Part shown: positions 20,295 through 31,108 of the stretch, piece by piece
Layout of the letters: each line of letters starts with the position of its first letter
Position numbering within the stretch: the first letter of the stretch is position 1
NCBI GenBank assembly: GCA_965140445.1
Contig: OZ223236.1
Location: 480,001-544,000, forward strand
Direction: 5' to 3'
Origin: Candidatus Ozemobacteraceae bacterium
GTDB taxonomy: Bacteria; Muiribacteriota; Ozemobacteria; Ozemobacterales; Ozemobacteraceae
DNA length: 64,000 nucleotides
Notes under the pieces: generated by a model
Told to the model about the DNA's origin: nothing
Seen by the model: the letters and a program-made list of their open reading frames with translations, nothing else
The model's database searches: none
Translations under genes and position numbers: made by a program

Positions 20295-22352
20295 TTGGGT
20301 CTCCAGACCATAAAGAGCAAACGAATCTATAGAGCATTTCTGTGCTTGATGGCCATCAATTTTTTTGTTGGTTCAGTTTTTCCTGCACATGCTTTTGACG
20401 TTCCTTCAATAGACGCGCAAAAATTTCCTGTTGAGGTCTATGGAGATTACCTTGAGTATAGAACTAAGGACGAACAGGTTATTACCAAAGGCAAGGCTTA
20501 TATTTCATATAAAGATATGAAAATAAGTGCTGAAAATATCCAGGCCAACACAAAAACTGAAGATATTTTTGCCCAGGGAAATGTGGATTTTTGGAAAGGC
20601 TTTGACCAGACCAAGGGCGATTTCATGGTTTACAATATGCGCACTGGCGAAGGCTGGATGAGAGATGCGGCAATTATTAAAAACCGAAACTTTTTTAAAG
20701 CTAAAGATGTTTATGTTAGCCCCAGATACAGCATTGCCCATGAAATTTTGCAAACAACCTGTGAAAATTTTGATCATCCGCACTATCGTATAACAGCTGA
20801 ATCTATCGAAACTTATCCTGGCAAATCAATGACCATGGAAGGCTTAAGAGTGAAGTGGAAGGGAAAATCTCTCTATCACAAGGCCAAGGAATATTCTTCT
20901 TTCCAGAAAAAAGAGAAATTTTTCAATACCAGACAGGGTCTTTCTCAGATTGATGGAATGTATTTTAAATTCACTACTGATCTTATGGTAAATCAAAGCA
21001 TTAACGGGCGTTTTAGTGCCGACTATTTTGAAAAACGTGGTAATGCTATTGGTTTTAACGGAACCTGGAACTCAGAAAGAAGTGGAAACGGTTCTATCTA
21101 TTTTTACAATTTAAATGAAACAAAACGTGGACATAACAACCTACAGGTTAATTTGACCCACAGTCACCGTTTTCAAGGTGGGGAAACTTTAAATACCAGC
21201 TTGAACTATACCGGTGATAAATATACTGGCCAACCTGAAAACAAGGACTTAACAGTTCAAGTTAACTATAGGCCAGTCCTTAAGTTTATGACCATGAGTG
21301 TAACTGCCAATAAATTTTATGACCTTGATGGCGATGATTACACTCTTGATAACGGTTACCAGCTTTTAAACCGATTGCCTGAACTGAATTTCAGTTTTCC
21401 GGCATATACCTTTCCTGTTTTACCTTTAACCATGAATTTCTCTGGTATGTATGGCCGTTATGAAGAAGGCGCATTGAATGATAAAAAAGATACCGAGAAA
21501 AAGGACTTCAGATTTAGTTTCACTGTTCCAACAGTTCAAGTTCACCCAAGATTTAGTCTTACTCCTTCATACAATTTCCAGAAGAGTTTTTACTCAGGCG
21601 GAATAGAACGAGAAAATGGAACAACTATGGTTCGAGCCAACCATAAATTCTCAAAAATGGCTAATATGGAATTTAACTACAACATTTCTACCTCGAAAGG
21701 TAAATCTCCTTTCCAGTTTGATTCATTTACTTCGACTGATATTCTCTCAACCAGATTGAGATTTGCTGAGAATTCATGGTCTTTTAATCCTATTAACTTC
21801 AATTACAACAGAGTTTCAAGTCGATTAGAGCAGGTTTACTGGGATTTTTCGAGAAGATCCAGACCTGATGCCTACAGAAATTGGGAATTCTTTGTTCGAC
21901 GTGACTATGTTCCAGATCCAGTAGCTTTTTCAAAAATGGATCTTACCAAGCTAACTCCCGGTAACCTCAATATGAGATACCGAATGTCTTCAAATTTATG
22001 GTCTTTTGATACAAGCGTTACTTATCCACACGAGTATGGAAGAATCACCGATACCTCTTTCAATTATCGAGCAGTTATCAGACCTTTGTGGGCAGTAACT
22101 ACAAGTGGTCACTACAGTCATTTAAACAAAAAATTCAGCCCTCTAACTATAGGTATTACAAGAGATTTGCATTGTTGGGAAGCAAGAGCTGAATACAATC
22201 ATGAGCGAAAAGAATTCTGGCTTGAATTTTATCTGAAAGCCTATCCAAGTGATACAGGGCGATTTAGATACGGAGCCGATAACAATAAACTAGAGGCTAA
22301 ACTTGCCGCTTACGACCAGCTAACAGACAGATATGAAGGCCTTGGTTATTGA
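20295..22352 (+). CDS. LptD-like (LPS-assembly / OstA) outer membrane protein
   Basis: Signal peptide, N-terminal OstA-like jellyroll (GDYLEY..KAYISYKDMKISAE), TTC..DHPHY motif, aromatic beta-strand-rich C-terminus with RDLHCW. Confidence 0.7.
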   Translation: MGLQTIKSKRIYRAFLCLMAINFFVGSVFPAHAFDVPSIDAQKFPVEVYGDYLEYRTKDEQVITKGKAYISYKDMKISAENIQANTKTEDIFAQGNVDFWKGFDQTKGDFMVYNMRTGEGWMRDAAIIKNRNFFKAKDVYVSPRYSIAHEILQTTCENFDHPHYRITAESIETYPGKSMTMEGLRVKWKGKSLYHKAKEYSSFQKKEKFFNTRQGLSQIDGMYFKFTTDLMVNQSINGRFSADYFEKRGNAIGFNGTWNSERSGNGSIYFYNLNETKRGHNNLQVNLTHSHRFQGGETLNTSLNYTGDKYTGQPENKDLTVQVNYRPVLKFMTMSVTANKFYDLDGDDYTLDNGYQLLNRLPELNFSFPAYTFPVLPLTMNFSGMYGRYEEGALNDKKDTEKKDFRFSFTVPTVQVHPRFSLTPSYNFQKSFYSGGIERENGTTMVRANHKFSKMANMEFNYNISTSKGKSPFQFDSFTSTDILSTRLRFAENSWSFNPINFNYNRVSSRLEQVYWDFSRRSRPDAYRNWEFFVRRDYVPDPVAFSKMDLTKLTPGNLNMRYRMSSNLWSFDTSVTYPHEYGRITDTSFNYRAVIRPLWAVTTSGHYSHLNKKFSPLTIGITRDLHCWEARAEYNHERKEFWLEFYLKAYPSDTGRFRYGADNNKLEAKLAAYDQLTDRYEGLGY

Positions 22353-22421
22353 TAATCAGGGTTGAATATTGGTCCTCAGCTGTGTATTATTAGGCAACCC
22401 GCCATACAGGAGGACAGTTTT

Positions 22422-22856
22422 ATGAAAATTTTTGCTGGTTCTGATCACGGCGGTCTTGCCCTTAAAAAGTTTCTCATTAAAAATTTAATAGAAGCTGGTC
22501 ATGAAGTTGAAGACCTGGGTACAGACACTAATGATTCATGCGATTACCCCGATTATGCACATGCTGTTGCTGAGAAAATTTTAAAAACCCCTGGTTCTAA
22601 AGGGCTTTTAACATGTGGTTCAGGAATTGGGATTTCAATAGCAGCTAACCGTCACAAAGGAATAAGAGCAGCTCTTTGCCACAACAGCCTTGAAGCAAAA
22701 CTTTCTCGCCAGCACAACGATGCAAACATTGTTGTAATGGGGGGAAGATTTATCGGAGAAGCTCTAGCACTAGATATTATGGAAGCTTTTCTTGCAAATG
22801 ATTTTGAGGGCGGTCGCCACGAAACAAGAGTCAAGAAAATCGAGATTACTGAATAG
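22422..22856 (+). CDS. rpiB: Ribose-5-phosphate isomerase B
   Basis: GSDHGG, DYPD, CGSGIG, RQHNDAN, FEGGRH. Confidence 0.97.
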   Translation: MKIFAGSDHGGLALKKFLIKNLIEAGHEVEDLGTDTNDSCDYPDYAHAVAEKILKTPGSKGLLTCGSGIGISIAANRHKGIRAALCHNSLEAKLSRQHNDANIVVMGGRFIGEALALDIMEAFLANDFEGGRHETRVKKIEITE

Positions 22857-22868
22857 ATCGGAGTAAAA

Positions 22869-23498
22869 ATGTCAAAAGTAACTGTTGTTGATCACCCGCT
22901 TGTCAAACACAAAATCACTCTTTTGAGGTCTAAACATACAGATACTCAAAGATTTAGAGATTTAATGCAGGAACTTTCACTTCTGCTTGCTTATGAATCA
23001 ACCAGAAGTATTCCATTAGAAGAAACCACCTGCGAGACACCTCTGATGGAAACAAAAGGACATTTGATTTCTACTCAGACAATCGCAATAGTTCCAATTT
23101 TAAGAGCTGGGCTAGGAATGGTTGATGGATTGATGAAATTTATTCCCATGGCAAAAGTTGGCCATGTTGGATTGTATAGAGATCACGACACATTAGAACC
23201 AATTGAGTATTACTCAAAATTTCCTCAAAAAATGGAAACAATGGAAGTTTTTGTTGTAGACCCGATGCTCGCAACTGGCGGATCTGTAGCTAAAGCCATT
23301 GAGATTGTTAAAGATTCAGGGGCAAAAAATATTAAATTTTTATGCGTCGTTTCCTGTCCTGAAGGTATTGCCTGTTTGCAAAAAGCACATCCTGACGTAG
23401 ACATTTTTACTTGTGTAATTGATGAAAAATTGAATGAGCTTGGCTATATTCTTCCTGGTCTTGGAGATGCTGGAGATAGATTATATGGAACAAAATAA
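22869..23498 (+). CDS. upp: Uracil phosphoribosyltransferase
   Basis: [32 protein letters not shown]. Confidence 0.98.
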   Translation: MSKVTVVDHPLVKHKITLLRSKHTDTQRFRDLMQELSLLLAYESTRSIPLEETTCETPLMETKGHLISTQTIAIVPILRAGLGMVDGLMKFIPMAKVGHVGLYRDHDTLEPIEYYSKFPQKMETMEVFVVDPMLATGGSVAKAIEIVKDSGAKNIKFLCVVSCPEGIACLQKAHPDVDIFTCVIDEKLNELGYILPGLGDAGDRLYGTK

Positions 23499-23499
23499 C

Positions 23500-23967
23500 G
23501 TGAAAAATGAACCCAAAAGACCTAGCTGGGATCAGTATTTTTTAAAGATTTCCAAGTTAGTAGCTGAGCGTTCGACTTGTATGAGAAGGCAAGTTGGTGC
23601 TGTCATTACAAAGGAAAATCGAATTCTTGCAACCGGATACAACGGTGCGCCTAATAATGTCACCCACTGTTTCAAACGCCCGGGCGGCTGTTTGCGCGAA
23701 GCTAGAAATATTCCTTCAGGACAAAGACAGGAATTATGCATTGGTTTGCACGCAGAACAGAATGCTATTCTCCAGGCTGCAGCTTTTGGTGTATCATTAA
23801 AGGGAAGCGATGTTTATTGCACACACCAGCCATGTGTAACATGCGGAAAAATGCTAATAAATGCAGGAATCAAACGAATTGTATTTTTGGGGTCTTATCC
23901 AGATGAGTTATCACTGGAGATTCTAAAAGAAGCAGGTATTATACTCGAAAGGATTGATCTCGAATAA
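23500..23967 (+). CDS. dCMP deaminase (ComEB-like)
   Basis: [34 protein letters not shown]; start uncertain (GTG 23500 or ATG 23485). Confidence 0.92.
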   Translation: MKNEPKRPSWDQYFLKISKLVAERSTCMRRQVGAVITKENRILATGYNGAPNNVTHCFKRPGGCLREARNIPSGQRQELCIGLHAEQNAILQAAAFGVSLKGSDVYCTHQPCVTCGKMLINAGIKRIVFLGSYPDELSLEILKEAGIILERIDLE

Positions 23968-23970
23968 CTC

Positions 23971-25242
23971 ATGTCAAAGATCATAATCAACGGCGGAAAA
24001 CCACTTTCAGGAACAGTAAGTATCGGAGGAGCAAAAAACGCTGCTTTGCCGATAATGGCAGCTACTATTTTATGCTCAGAGCCAGTTGTTTTATCAAATA
24101 TTCCAGATTTGAACGACGTTAGAACAATGATTAAAGTTCTGGAAGCTCTAGGTGTAAAGTGTGAAAAACTGAAGGATGGAGTCTATAGATTTGACCCTTC
24201 TGCCGGAGTTACAGAAGAAGCCCCATATGAATTTGTTAAAGACATGCGAGCCAGCTTTTTTGTAATGGGTCCGTTGCTTGCTAAATTAAGAAAAGCAAGG
24301 GTTCCACTCCCTGGCGGATGTGCTATTGGTGTAAGACCTGTAAATATTCACTTAAAAGGATTTGAAGCACTTGGAGCTGAAGTTTCAATTGATGGCGGAT
24401 GTGCCGTTGCTGTCGCTGACAAACTTGTTGGCAATAAGATAATGCTGGACTTTCCTTCGGTCGGGGCTACAGAAAACCTTATGATGGCCGCGACTCTGGC
24501 AGAAGGCACTACAATTATTGAAAATGTAGCTCAGGAACCTGAAATCGTTGATCTCGCTAACTTTCTAAAATCAATGGGTGCTGAGATTGAAGGTGCCGGA
24601 AGCCCATGTATTACTGTTTATGGTGTTGAGAAACTTACCAGCAGTGAGTATTCTGTCATTCCAGATAGAATTGATGCGGGAACTTTCCTGGTTCTGGGTG
24701 CTATCAGTGGCGGCCCGATCGAAGTTCAGGATTGTGAACCAGATCATCAGCATGCCCTATTAAACAAGCTTTCAGCAATGGGTGCCAAATTTGAGATTGA
24801 AAAAAGAAAAATAACTGTTTCTGCTCCAGCTCGCTTGAAAGCTGCTGAAGTTAAAACTCTTCCATTTCCAGGGTTTCCTACAGATATGCAAGCTCAGTTA
24901 ATGGTAGCAATGTGCGTTGCTGATGGTACTTCATTTATAAGTGAAACCATATTTGAAAATAGATTTATGCATGTTTCTGAAATAGCGAGAATGGGTGCCA
25001 AAATAAAAATCCACGACAGAACAGCTGTTATTGATGGAGTAGAAAAGCTTCATGGAGCGCCTGTTTCTGCAACAGATCTACGCGCAGGAGCAGCAATGGT
25101 GTTAGCTGGTCTGGTTGCTGATGGCACTACAGAAATCAGTAAGACTTTCCATATTGATCGAGGGTATGAAAACCTTGTCGGTCGTTTGATTAAACTTGGC
25201 GCAGATATACAACGAATTGAAGACCCTGAAATAGATGAATAA
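23971..25242 (+). CDS. murA: UDP-N-acetylglucosamine 1-carboxyvinyltransferase
   Basis: GAKNAALP, PGGCAIG (active Cys), PGFPTDMQ, TDLRAGA. Confidence 0.98.
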   Translation: MSKIIINGGKPLSGTVSIGGAKNAALPIMAATILCSEPVVLSNIPDLNDVRTMIKVLEALGVKCEKLKDGVYRFDPSAGVTEEAPYEFVKDMRASFFVMGPLLAKLRKARVPLPGGCAIGVRPVNIHLKGFEALGAEVSIDGGCAVAVADKLVGNKIMLDFPSVGATENLMMAATLAEGTTIIENVAQEPEIVDLANFLKSMGAEIEGAGSPCITVYGVEKLTSSEYSVIPDRIDAGTFLVLGAISGGPIEVQDCEPDHQHALLNKLSAMGAKFEIEKRKITVSAPARLKAAEVKTLPFPGFPTDMQAQLMVAMCVADGTSFISETIFENRFMHVSEIARMGAKIKIHDRTAVIDGVEKLHGAPVSATDLRAGAAMVLAGLVADGTTEISKTFHIDRGYENLVGRLIKLGADIQRIEDPEIDE

Positions 25243-25251
25243 GAGCGGAGG

Positions 25252-26967
25252 TTGCTAATGCCGGAAGCCGTAAAATACCAGGAATTGATTAACGGACTTT
25301 CCAGTTCTAATAGAGAGGAAAAGATTTTATCTATTAAGGCTATGAGCCTTATTAAAGTGCCTGAGCATGCGGATCTTCTCGCCGATTTGCTCTCATCGCC
25401 AGATGAGGAAATTGTAGAGCAGGTTATTTTGGCACTCGGAAAAATTGGTAACCCTGGCTCTGTTAAATACATCCTTGAGTTTATACTTGGGGATAAAGGA
25501 AAGCTCGCGGATGTTGCTTTTAACGTCCTGAGTAGTTTCTACATTGCCTCAGCAGTTGATGTTGTAATTAAAGCAGCTGGGAGCGATCAGCCTGTAGAAA
25601 TCAGAGAAAAGATTATCAAACTTCTGTTGCCATATGAAGAAGTTAGAGTTTCAGCCCTTATGAGTGAGATTCTTGGACAAACCCAGGATCCCAGAATCCT
25701 GACTCTTGCCATAGGCTATTTTATTTCTTTCCCTTCAACTGAAAGACATTCTGTTTTAAAAGTTTTGTCGAATAGTGGACAATGGGAGATCTCTCTGGCC
25801 GCCAATATCGCTTTATCAAGGCTTAAAGATGAGGGTGCGTTTACTCAAATCCGTAGACTTGTTAAATCTCCAAACTCAGAAGTCAGGCAGATTATCGTCG
25901 ATTCAATAAATAAATACCCATTAATTGAAGACAGAAAAATATACCAAAGTTTATTTGAAGATCAGAAAACGGTTATTCGTAAAAAAGCTCTCAAAGGCCT
26001 AAACATGTTTGGCGCTGATGAAAGAATAAAGATTTTAAAAGACTGGTTAAACCGTGAAACTGATGGAACACTTAAGCTCGCGCTTCTTGAAAGAGCGGCA
26101 AAAGAAAATTCTTCATTATTTTATGATGAGTTTATCGGAATTCTTTCTGATTCTGGTTCAAAAAATAAATCACTGGCTGTAGATGCTCTTTCAGGTATGT
26201 CTGAGCGTGTTGTGGACAGAATATTAATCGACTTTGATAGAATGGCCCTCGTTGTCCGTGAGCAGATGGTTCTTGTTTTAGGCAATATAGGTGGAAACAA
26301 GGTAATTCAGACTATCAAAGATTGTTTAAAAGCTAAAGAGCGTTGGCTGAAGATCAATTCGATTGAGGCTTCTGTAGCTTTGAATAATGAAGAACTTCTG
26401 CCTGATCTGGTAGCCTTATTATCTAACAAGGATACTGATCCCTGGGTTAAAGCAACCCTTGTTACGGCTTTGGGAAGGCTCAAAGCTTACGACTGCTCCG
26501 ATCTTATTGCAAAGCAGCTTGACGCCTCTGATGCTCGCGTAAGAGCAAATGCCATCGAAGCCCTTTCCATGCTTGAGTGGGAAAATTTGAATAATGAATC
26601 TATGAGGCTTTTAAAAGACAGAAACGACAGAGTTCGCGTGAATGCGGCGATTGCCTTGTGGAAATGTGGAAACATGGAAGTATTTTCCGAGCTGGAAAAG
26701 ATGTCAGGTGATAAGAGTAAGTGGGTTAGATCTTCAGCTGTTTACGCCCTTGGTAAACTTAATGATAGAGAAGAGGGCTTACCTATATTACTTAAGATGC
26801 TTTCTGATACTGAGGATGTTGTGTATTTGAATACTATGGAAGCTATGGCTGAATCAGGCGATATGCGAGTAATGGTGCCTTTGTTAAAAGAGGCTGGTTC
26901 AAAAAGGATTCCCGCTGAAGTATATGATCGAATATTAAAGAAGTTTTCAGTCAAACTTATCGAATAA
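25252..26967 (+). CDS. HEAT-repeat protein
   Basis: Repeats such as DARVRANAIEAL, NDRVRVNAAIAL, KWVRSSAVYALG. Confidence 0.85.
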   Translation: MLMPEAVKYQELINGLSSSNREEKILSIKAMSLIKVPEHADLLADLLSSPDEEIVEQVILALGKIGNPGSVKYILEFILGDKGKLADVAFNVLSSFYIASAVDVVIKAAGSDQPVEIREKIIKLLLPYEEVRVSALMSEILGQTQDPRILTLAIGYFISFPSTERHSVLKVLSNSGQWEISLAANIALSRLKDEGAFTQIRRLVKSPNSEVRQIIVDSINKYPLIEDRKIYQSLFEDQKTVIRKKALKGLNMFGADERIKILKDWLNRETDGTLKLALLERAAKENSSLFYDEFIGILSDSGSKNKSLAVDALSGMSERVVDRILIDFDRMALVVREQMVLVLGNIGGNKVIQTIKDCLKAKERWLKINSIEASVALNNEELLPDLVALLSNKDTDPWVKATLVTALGRLKAYDCSDLIAKQLDASDARVRANAIEALSMLEWENLNNESMRLLKDRNDRVRVNAAIALWKCGNMEVFSELEKMSGDKSKWVRSSAVYALGKLNDREEGLPILLKMLSDTEDVVYLNTMEAMAESGDMRVMVPLLKEAGSKRIPAEVYDRILKKFSVKLIE

Positions 26968-26968
26968 A

Positions 26969-28228
26969 ATGATTCTTGAAAAAATGCAGACCCCATGGAT
27001 AACCCTAGGTTTTTCGGGGGTCTGTTTGCTTTTATTTGTTATAACAGGTTATTTGTCTAACTTTTTTAAAGTTGACCTGTTTGTTTTGTACAAATTCGGG
27101 GCTTTTTATGGGCCGGCTTTTTTTGACGGTGAGCTCTATAGAGCTGTAACAAACAGTTTTCTCCATAACGATTTGATGCATTTTCTTATGAATATGCTTT
27201 TCTTGTATGTACTTGGAAATGAAGTTGAAAACCGATTAAAAAGAGCAGAGTTCTTTGGTTTGATATTAGCTTCAATTGGTGGAACTGTTTTAGCTGAAAT
27301 GTATTTTTCCCCATTCAAGGTTTCCGTTGGGGCTTCCGGGGTAATTTTTGGGTTAGCCGGGGCAATGCTTTTTTTGATTTTCTTTCGATTTGATGAGCCT
27401 GTTTCATTACGACTGAAAAACTTGTTTGCTCTTATAATTGCTGTCTGGGTTTGTGACCAGGAGTTTTACAAAGGATTTAATGCGGTTGCTGAGCTTAGTA
27501 TTATTCCTCAGGATGTTTCTCACTCAGGGCATCTTGGCGGTGCAATCGGCGGTTCAATATTTTGTTTATGGACATTGCTCTGGAAAAATTTAGAGCTTAA
27601 ATTGGCCTGGAAAAAGGCTGGAAAAGTTTTTTATGGATTTCCATTAACCGTTTTTTTTATTGTGTTTTTAGGTCTGTTTGTTTCATTGCGAGGAACTGTG
27701 CGAACAGAATTACCTGTTTTTGAAATAAACCATTTTGATGGAAAAGCTCTAGAAGCGGCTATAAATAAGACTAAAGAGCTCCAGATAAAGTTTCCGGAAA
27801 AATATGAAACTTACACTTTATTGGCTTATGCGTATTGGAGAAGTGAAAGGGTTGCTTCTGCTACCTTTCAAATCGAGCATGCCATGAAAATGAATCCAGG
27901 AAATAGTTTGGTGCGATTTTTTAAGCTGATGATTGATTTTTCGACGGAAAAATATTCAGATGTTTGCAAGCTCTGTCCGGAATTTTTAGATAAAAAGTAT
28001 CCTTTTGAGGCAGCAATTTTGCCCGTATATGCCGAATCGCTACTTTATGAAAAACGGTTTGTGGAGTCAGAAACTTATTTTATAAGGGCTTTTGAGCTAG
28101 ATAGCATTCGCAAAAGCATGGTTGATAAACTTGAGCGTATTTCTAATGCAACTGAAACCACTAATTTAGATGTTGCAAGCTTCTCCAGGCATTTATTTGA
28201 AAGGTTCAAACCACAAATTAAGAATTAG
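26969..28228 (+). CDS. Rhomboid intramembrane serine protease with C-terminal TPR-like region
   Basis: FLH...HFLMNM, GASG catalytic Ser, HLGG catalytic His, several TM helices. Confidence 0.9.
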   Translation: MILEKMQTPWITLGFSGVCLLLFVITGYLSNFFKVDLFVLYKFGAFYGPAFFDGELYRAVTNSFLHNDLMHFLMNMLFLYVLGNEVENRLKRAEFFGLILASIGGTVLAEMYFSPFKVSVGASGVIFGLAGAMLFLIFFRFDEPVSLRLKNLFALIIAVWVCDQEFYKGFNAVAELSIIPQDVSHSGHLGGAIGGSIFCLWTLLWKNLELKLAWKKAGKVFYGFPLTVFFIVFLGLFVSLRGTVRTELPVFEINHFDGKALEAAINKTKELQIKFPEKYETYTLLAYAYWRSERVASATFQIEHAMKMNPGNSLVRFFKLMIDFSTEKYSDVCKLCPEFLDKKYPFEAAILPVYAESLLYEKRFVESETYFIRAFELDSIRKSMVDKLERISNATETTNLDVASFSRHLFERFKPQIKN

Positions 28229-31108
28229 CTATTTTTGTCTTAGAACATAAGCTTCAATACTTTGAGTTTTACCTTTTACGCTACTGATTGGGAGCTTTTC
28301 AGAAATGCAGTTTTCGGGAAGGCTATTAACCAGGTTACCGCTTATTACGATCTCAGCATTTTCCAGCTTTAGAGCTTCTGTGGCTAGTCTGGCTGCAAGA
28401 TTTACCGGGTCTCCTACAACTGTGTGAGAAAGCCTTGCTTTCTCGGCCCCCATTACTCCCGAAATAGTTATCCCTGAGTTAACACCAATTGAAACTTCAA
28501 GATTGTAAAGTTTTTGCATTTGATTTTTGATCATTATTGCAGCTTCAATGGGGTTTTGTGACAGTTCCTTGTCAGTTGGATCATGTTCAAAGACTATCAT
28601 AATCTTATCTTCAATCATTTTATCAATTTCGCCACCAAATTGACTTGTGGCTTTTCCTGCAACGGTTAAATGTTTTTGCATTAACTCAAAAATCTCTGTG
28701 GCGTCCTTTTTATCCAGGATGTTTTTGAAGTCTTTGATTCCTGAAAAAATTATGGTGGCAAAGCTTTGTTTAGCCTTTTCTGCAAGTTTTTCCGAGCCAG
28801 AGGAGACTTCACGTAGAACCGATTCTGAAACGAAGCTTTTAAGGATTTTACCTTCGTGTAATCCCCTTGCCATTTTATTAAATGAGTTGCCTATCCGAGC
28901 AAATTCATCAGGGTGAGTATTATTAATGAGGGTGTCGAAATTTCCTTGATTGATTTGTTCTGTGGCGGCCGTTAATTCTTTTATGGGGGCGGTAAAATAA
29001 TGAGCTCCGGACCAGGCTACTAAAGTTCCAAAGCAAAAAAGTGCGAATATAAACTTAATTGTTTCAAGTCCTATTTTATTCCTGAAGTTTTCGTATTTTT
29101 GCAGTATTTCATGTCCAACAATAGTGTAATAAGAATAGTTAGCTGGAAAAGCTTCAACTATCTCATTGTGATCGCCTTTCTGAATTTGATTAACAATGTT
29201 ACTTCTAGCTAGATGAGCTATTTTTGCTGTTTCACTTAAATCTGGATAATCGTTTTCAAGTACAGGCAGTGAAATGGGGCGTGATTGAATCTTTTTTTCA
29301 TCACCAAAAATAATTACACGGGAACTGCTAACATTAGCGTTTAGCTTTTGCTTTGGGAAAGACTCGCTGCCTGTCTCTGTATCTGAGTGCCAGGCAATTA
29401 TTCCGTATGGTTTTCCATGATAAGAAATAGGAAAGCAGCATATAAAGTCTCTTTTGTAGAATGAATATATATCAATTAGTATTTCAATATTGTTTCGGAA
29501 ATTGTAAAAAGCTTCGGGGCCAAGGAGGTTGGTAAAGAATCCACGTGCTATTTCAGCTTTTAATGAATCTGCATTAAATTTTTTTCCGGTATTTTTCTGG
29601 TTTCCCAGTGAGTCGTGCAGCATTTCAGAAAATCTATTTTGGAAAATATCAGCGATTGGATTGTCTGTTTCTTCTGCTTTGTATTCACCGGGTTTTACCT
29701 TTCTAAAAGCAACCATTTTTTTGGTTAAAGTGTAAATCCAGAGTGATGAATATCGTGAAGCATTAAATTTATTATCAAGCTTTTGTAAAAGCCTTTTTCC
29801 GATTTCAGCAGAGCTATTTTCCTTGTCTGGAATATTGGCAAATTTCTTTATTTTTTCAACAGTATTTAATCCTCTAACAAGATTCATCGCTTCTCTAAAG
29901 TTGTCGTTTGTTTCTGCGTCCATATCTTTCAGATCTTTGCTGAGTTTTTGGTTGATTCTGTTTCTTTTAGCCATATACTCAGTGTTTATAAATTCTTCAG
30001 CAATATAAGTAGATGCAAAAACTGGTTGCAAGATTAAAAGCACAAATGTTCCAGGAATCAACTTGGAAAGACTAAGTTCAGGGCCCCTTTGTAAAAAGAG
30101 TTTTTCTGCCATCACCTTAAATACCACGCACGAGAAAAAGAAAACAAAAGCCAGTAAGATTTGAAAGTTTTTTAGAATTACTTTTTGCCGGGGAATTACT
30201 GCTATCAAATAATAGTTTTTGCGCGAGTCTTTTTGGGATATTTTTATTTTTAAATCCGGGTAAATAAAGGTCTTTCCTGGCAAGTTCTTCTTTTTAAAGA
30301 TTTCTTTTAAGTATTTTTTTATATTTGAATTTTTCAGGAAATCTTTTGATCCAACAAATTCCTTTTTTTCAACTTCGTAAGCGGCCAGACTAAAATTTGG
30401 GTTGGAGCTTTTTTTTATCCTAAGCCTGATTGAGTCAAAGTAATCTATGTCAGACAGATCGGCTAGACAGATTAATGATACTATTTTTTCATTTTTATCA
30501 GTCGGATTTTCAGAGTTCAAATAGCTTTGAACAAAAGTATGTTTTTTGGAGTTAAATTTAAAAGAGATTTTAGCGATATCTTTGGTTTTTATGTTTTGCG
30601 CAAAATTATGAATGTATTGCTGAATATCTGTTAGTTGCAAGTCTTTAAAGCTTATAGGTCTAGTTAGTTTGCCATTTTTTACAAAATCAATTGATGTTAG
30701 GGAATTGAAAATTTTGGTAAGACCAATTTCCGGGCCAAAAGAAAGGGTTTTTAAGGCTCCATTTTCTAAATACATAATGCATAGTTGAACGGGGAAAATA
30801 AACTTCTTGGTAAACCCCCTGAATTTTTCTTTTAAAGTCTCTCCAAGAAGACCTTTTTTGGCTTTTTCATAAAAATTGGAATCAGGAAGCAATAGTTCTA
30901 CTTTTCTGGTATTTATTTCTTGAACAACGCTGTTGGAAAAGTTTTGCAATCGGTCAATATTCTGAAATTTCTGTTCTATTTGTCGGCTAATTTCTTGCTC
31001 TCTATCTATTTTCCTAAGTTCTATAGCTATTCTGGTGGTAAAGAAAATACTTATTGGCGGAAAGAAAATAATTGTGGTTAACAACAAAAAGAGTATGCCT
31101 TTTTTCAT
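28229..31108 (-). CDS. Membrane HAMP-class III nucleotide cyclase, type B (C2-like half), copy 2
   Basis: 4 TM segments, HAMP (PIKEL..DEF..SFNKMA), cyclase with FSGIKDF, DKMIEDK, HTVVGDPVNLAARL, VKGK. Confidence 0.9.
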   Translation of the reverse strand: MKKGILFLLLTTIIFFPPISIFFTTRIAIELRKIDREQEISRQIEQKFQNIDRLQNFSNSVVQEINTRKVELLLPDSNFYEKAKKGLLGETLKEKFRGFTKKFIFPVQLCIMYLENGALKTLSFGPEIGLTKIFNSLTSIDFVKNGKLTRPISFKDLQLTDIQQYIHNFAQNIKTKDIAKISFKFNSKKHTFVQSYLNSENPTDKNEKIVSLICLADLSDIDYFDSIRLRIKKSSNPNFSLAAYEVEKKEFVGSKDFLKNSNIKKYLKEIFKKKNLPGKTFIYPDLKIKISQKDSRKNYYLIAVIPRQKVILKNFQILLAFVFFFSCVVFKVMAEKLFLQRGPELSLSKLIPGTFVLLILQPVFASTYIAEEFINTEYMAKRNRINQKLSKDLKDMDAETNDNFREAMNLVRGLNTVEKIKKFANIPDKENSSAEIGKRLLQKLDNKFNASRYSSLWIYTLTKKMVAFRKVKPGEYKAEETDNPIADIFQNRFSEMLHDSLGNQKNTGKKFNADSLKAEIARGFFTNLLGPEAFYNFRNNIEILIDIYSFYKRDFICCFPISYHGKPYGIIAWHSDTETGSESFPKQKLNANVSSSRVIIFGDEKKIQSRPISLPVLENDYPDLSETAKIAHLARSNIVNQIQKGDHNEIVEAFPANYSYYTIVGHEILQKYENFRNKIGLETIKFIFALFCFGTLVAWSGAHYFTAPIKELTAATEQINQGNFDTLINNTHPDEFARIGNSFNKMARGLHEGKILKSFVSESVLREVSSGSEKLAEKAKQSFATIIFSGIKDFKNILDKKDATEIFELMQKHLTVAGKATSQFGGEIDKMIEDKIMIVFEHDPTDKELSQNPIEAAIMIKNQMQKLYNLEVSIGVNSGITISGVMGAEKARLSHTVVGDPVNLAARLATEALKLENAEIVISGNLVNSLPENCISEKLPISSVKGKTQSIEAYVLRQK

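Noticed and set aside
23500..23967. Deaminase as possible TadA
   Set aside because: The RPSWD.YF, RSTC.RRQVGA and GYNG motifs and the upp context indicate dCMP deaminase.
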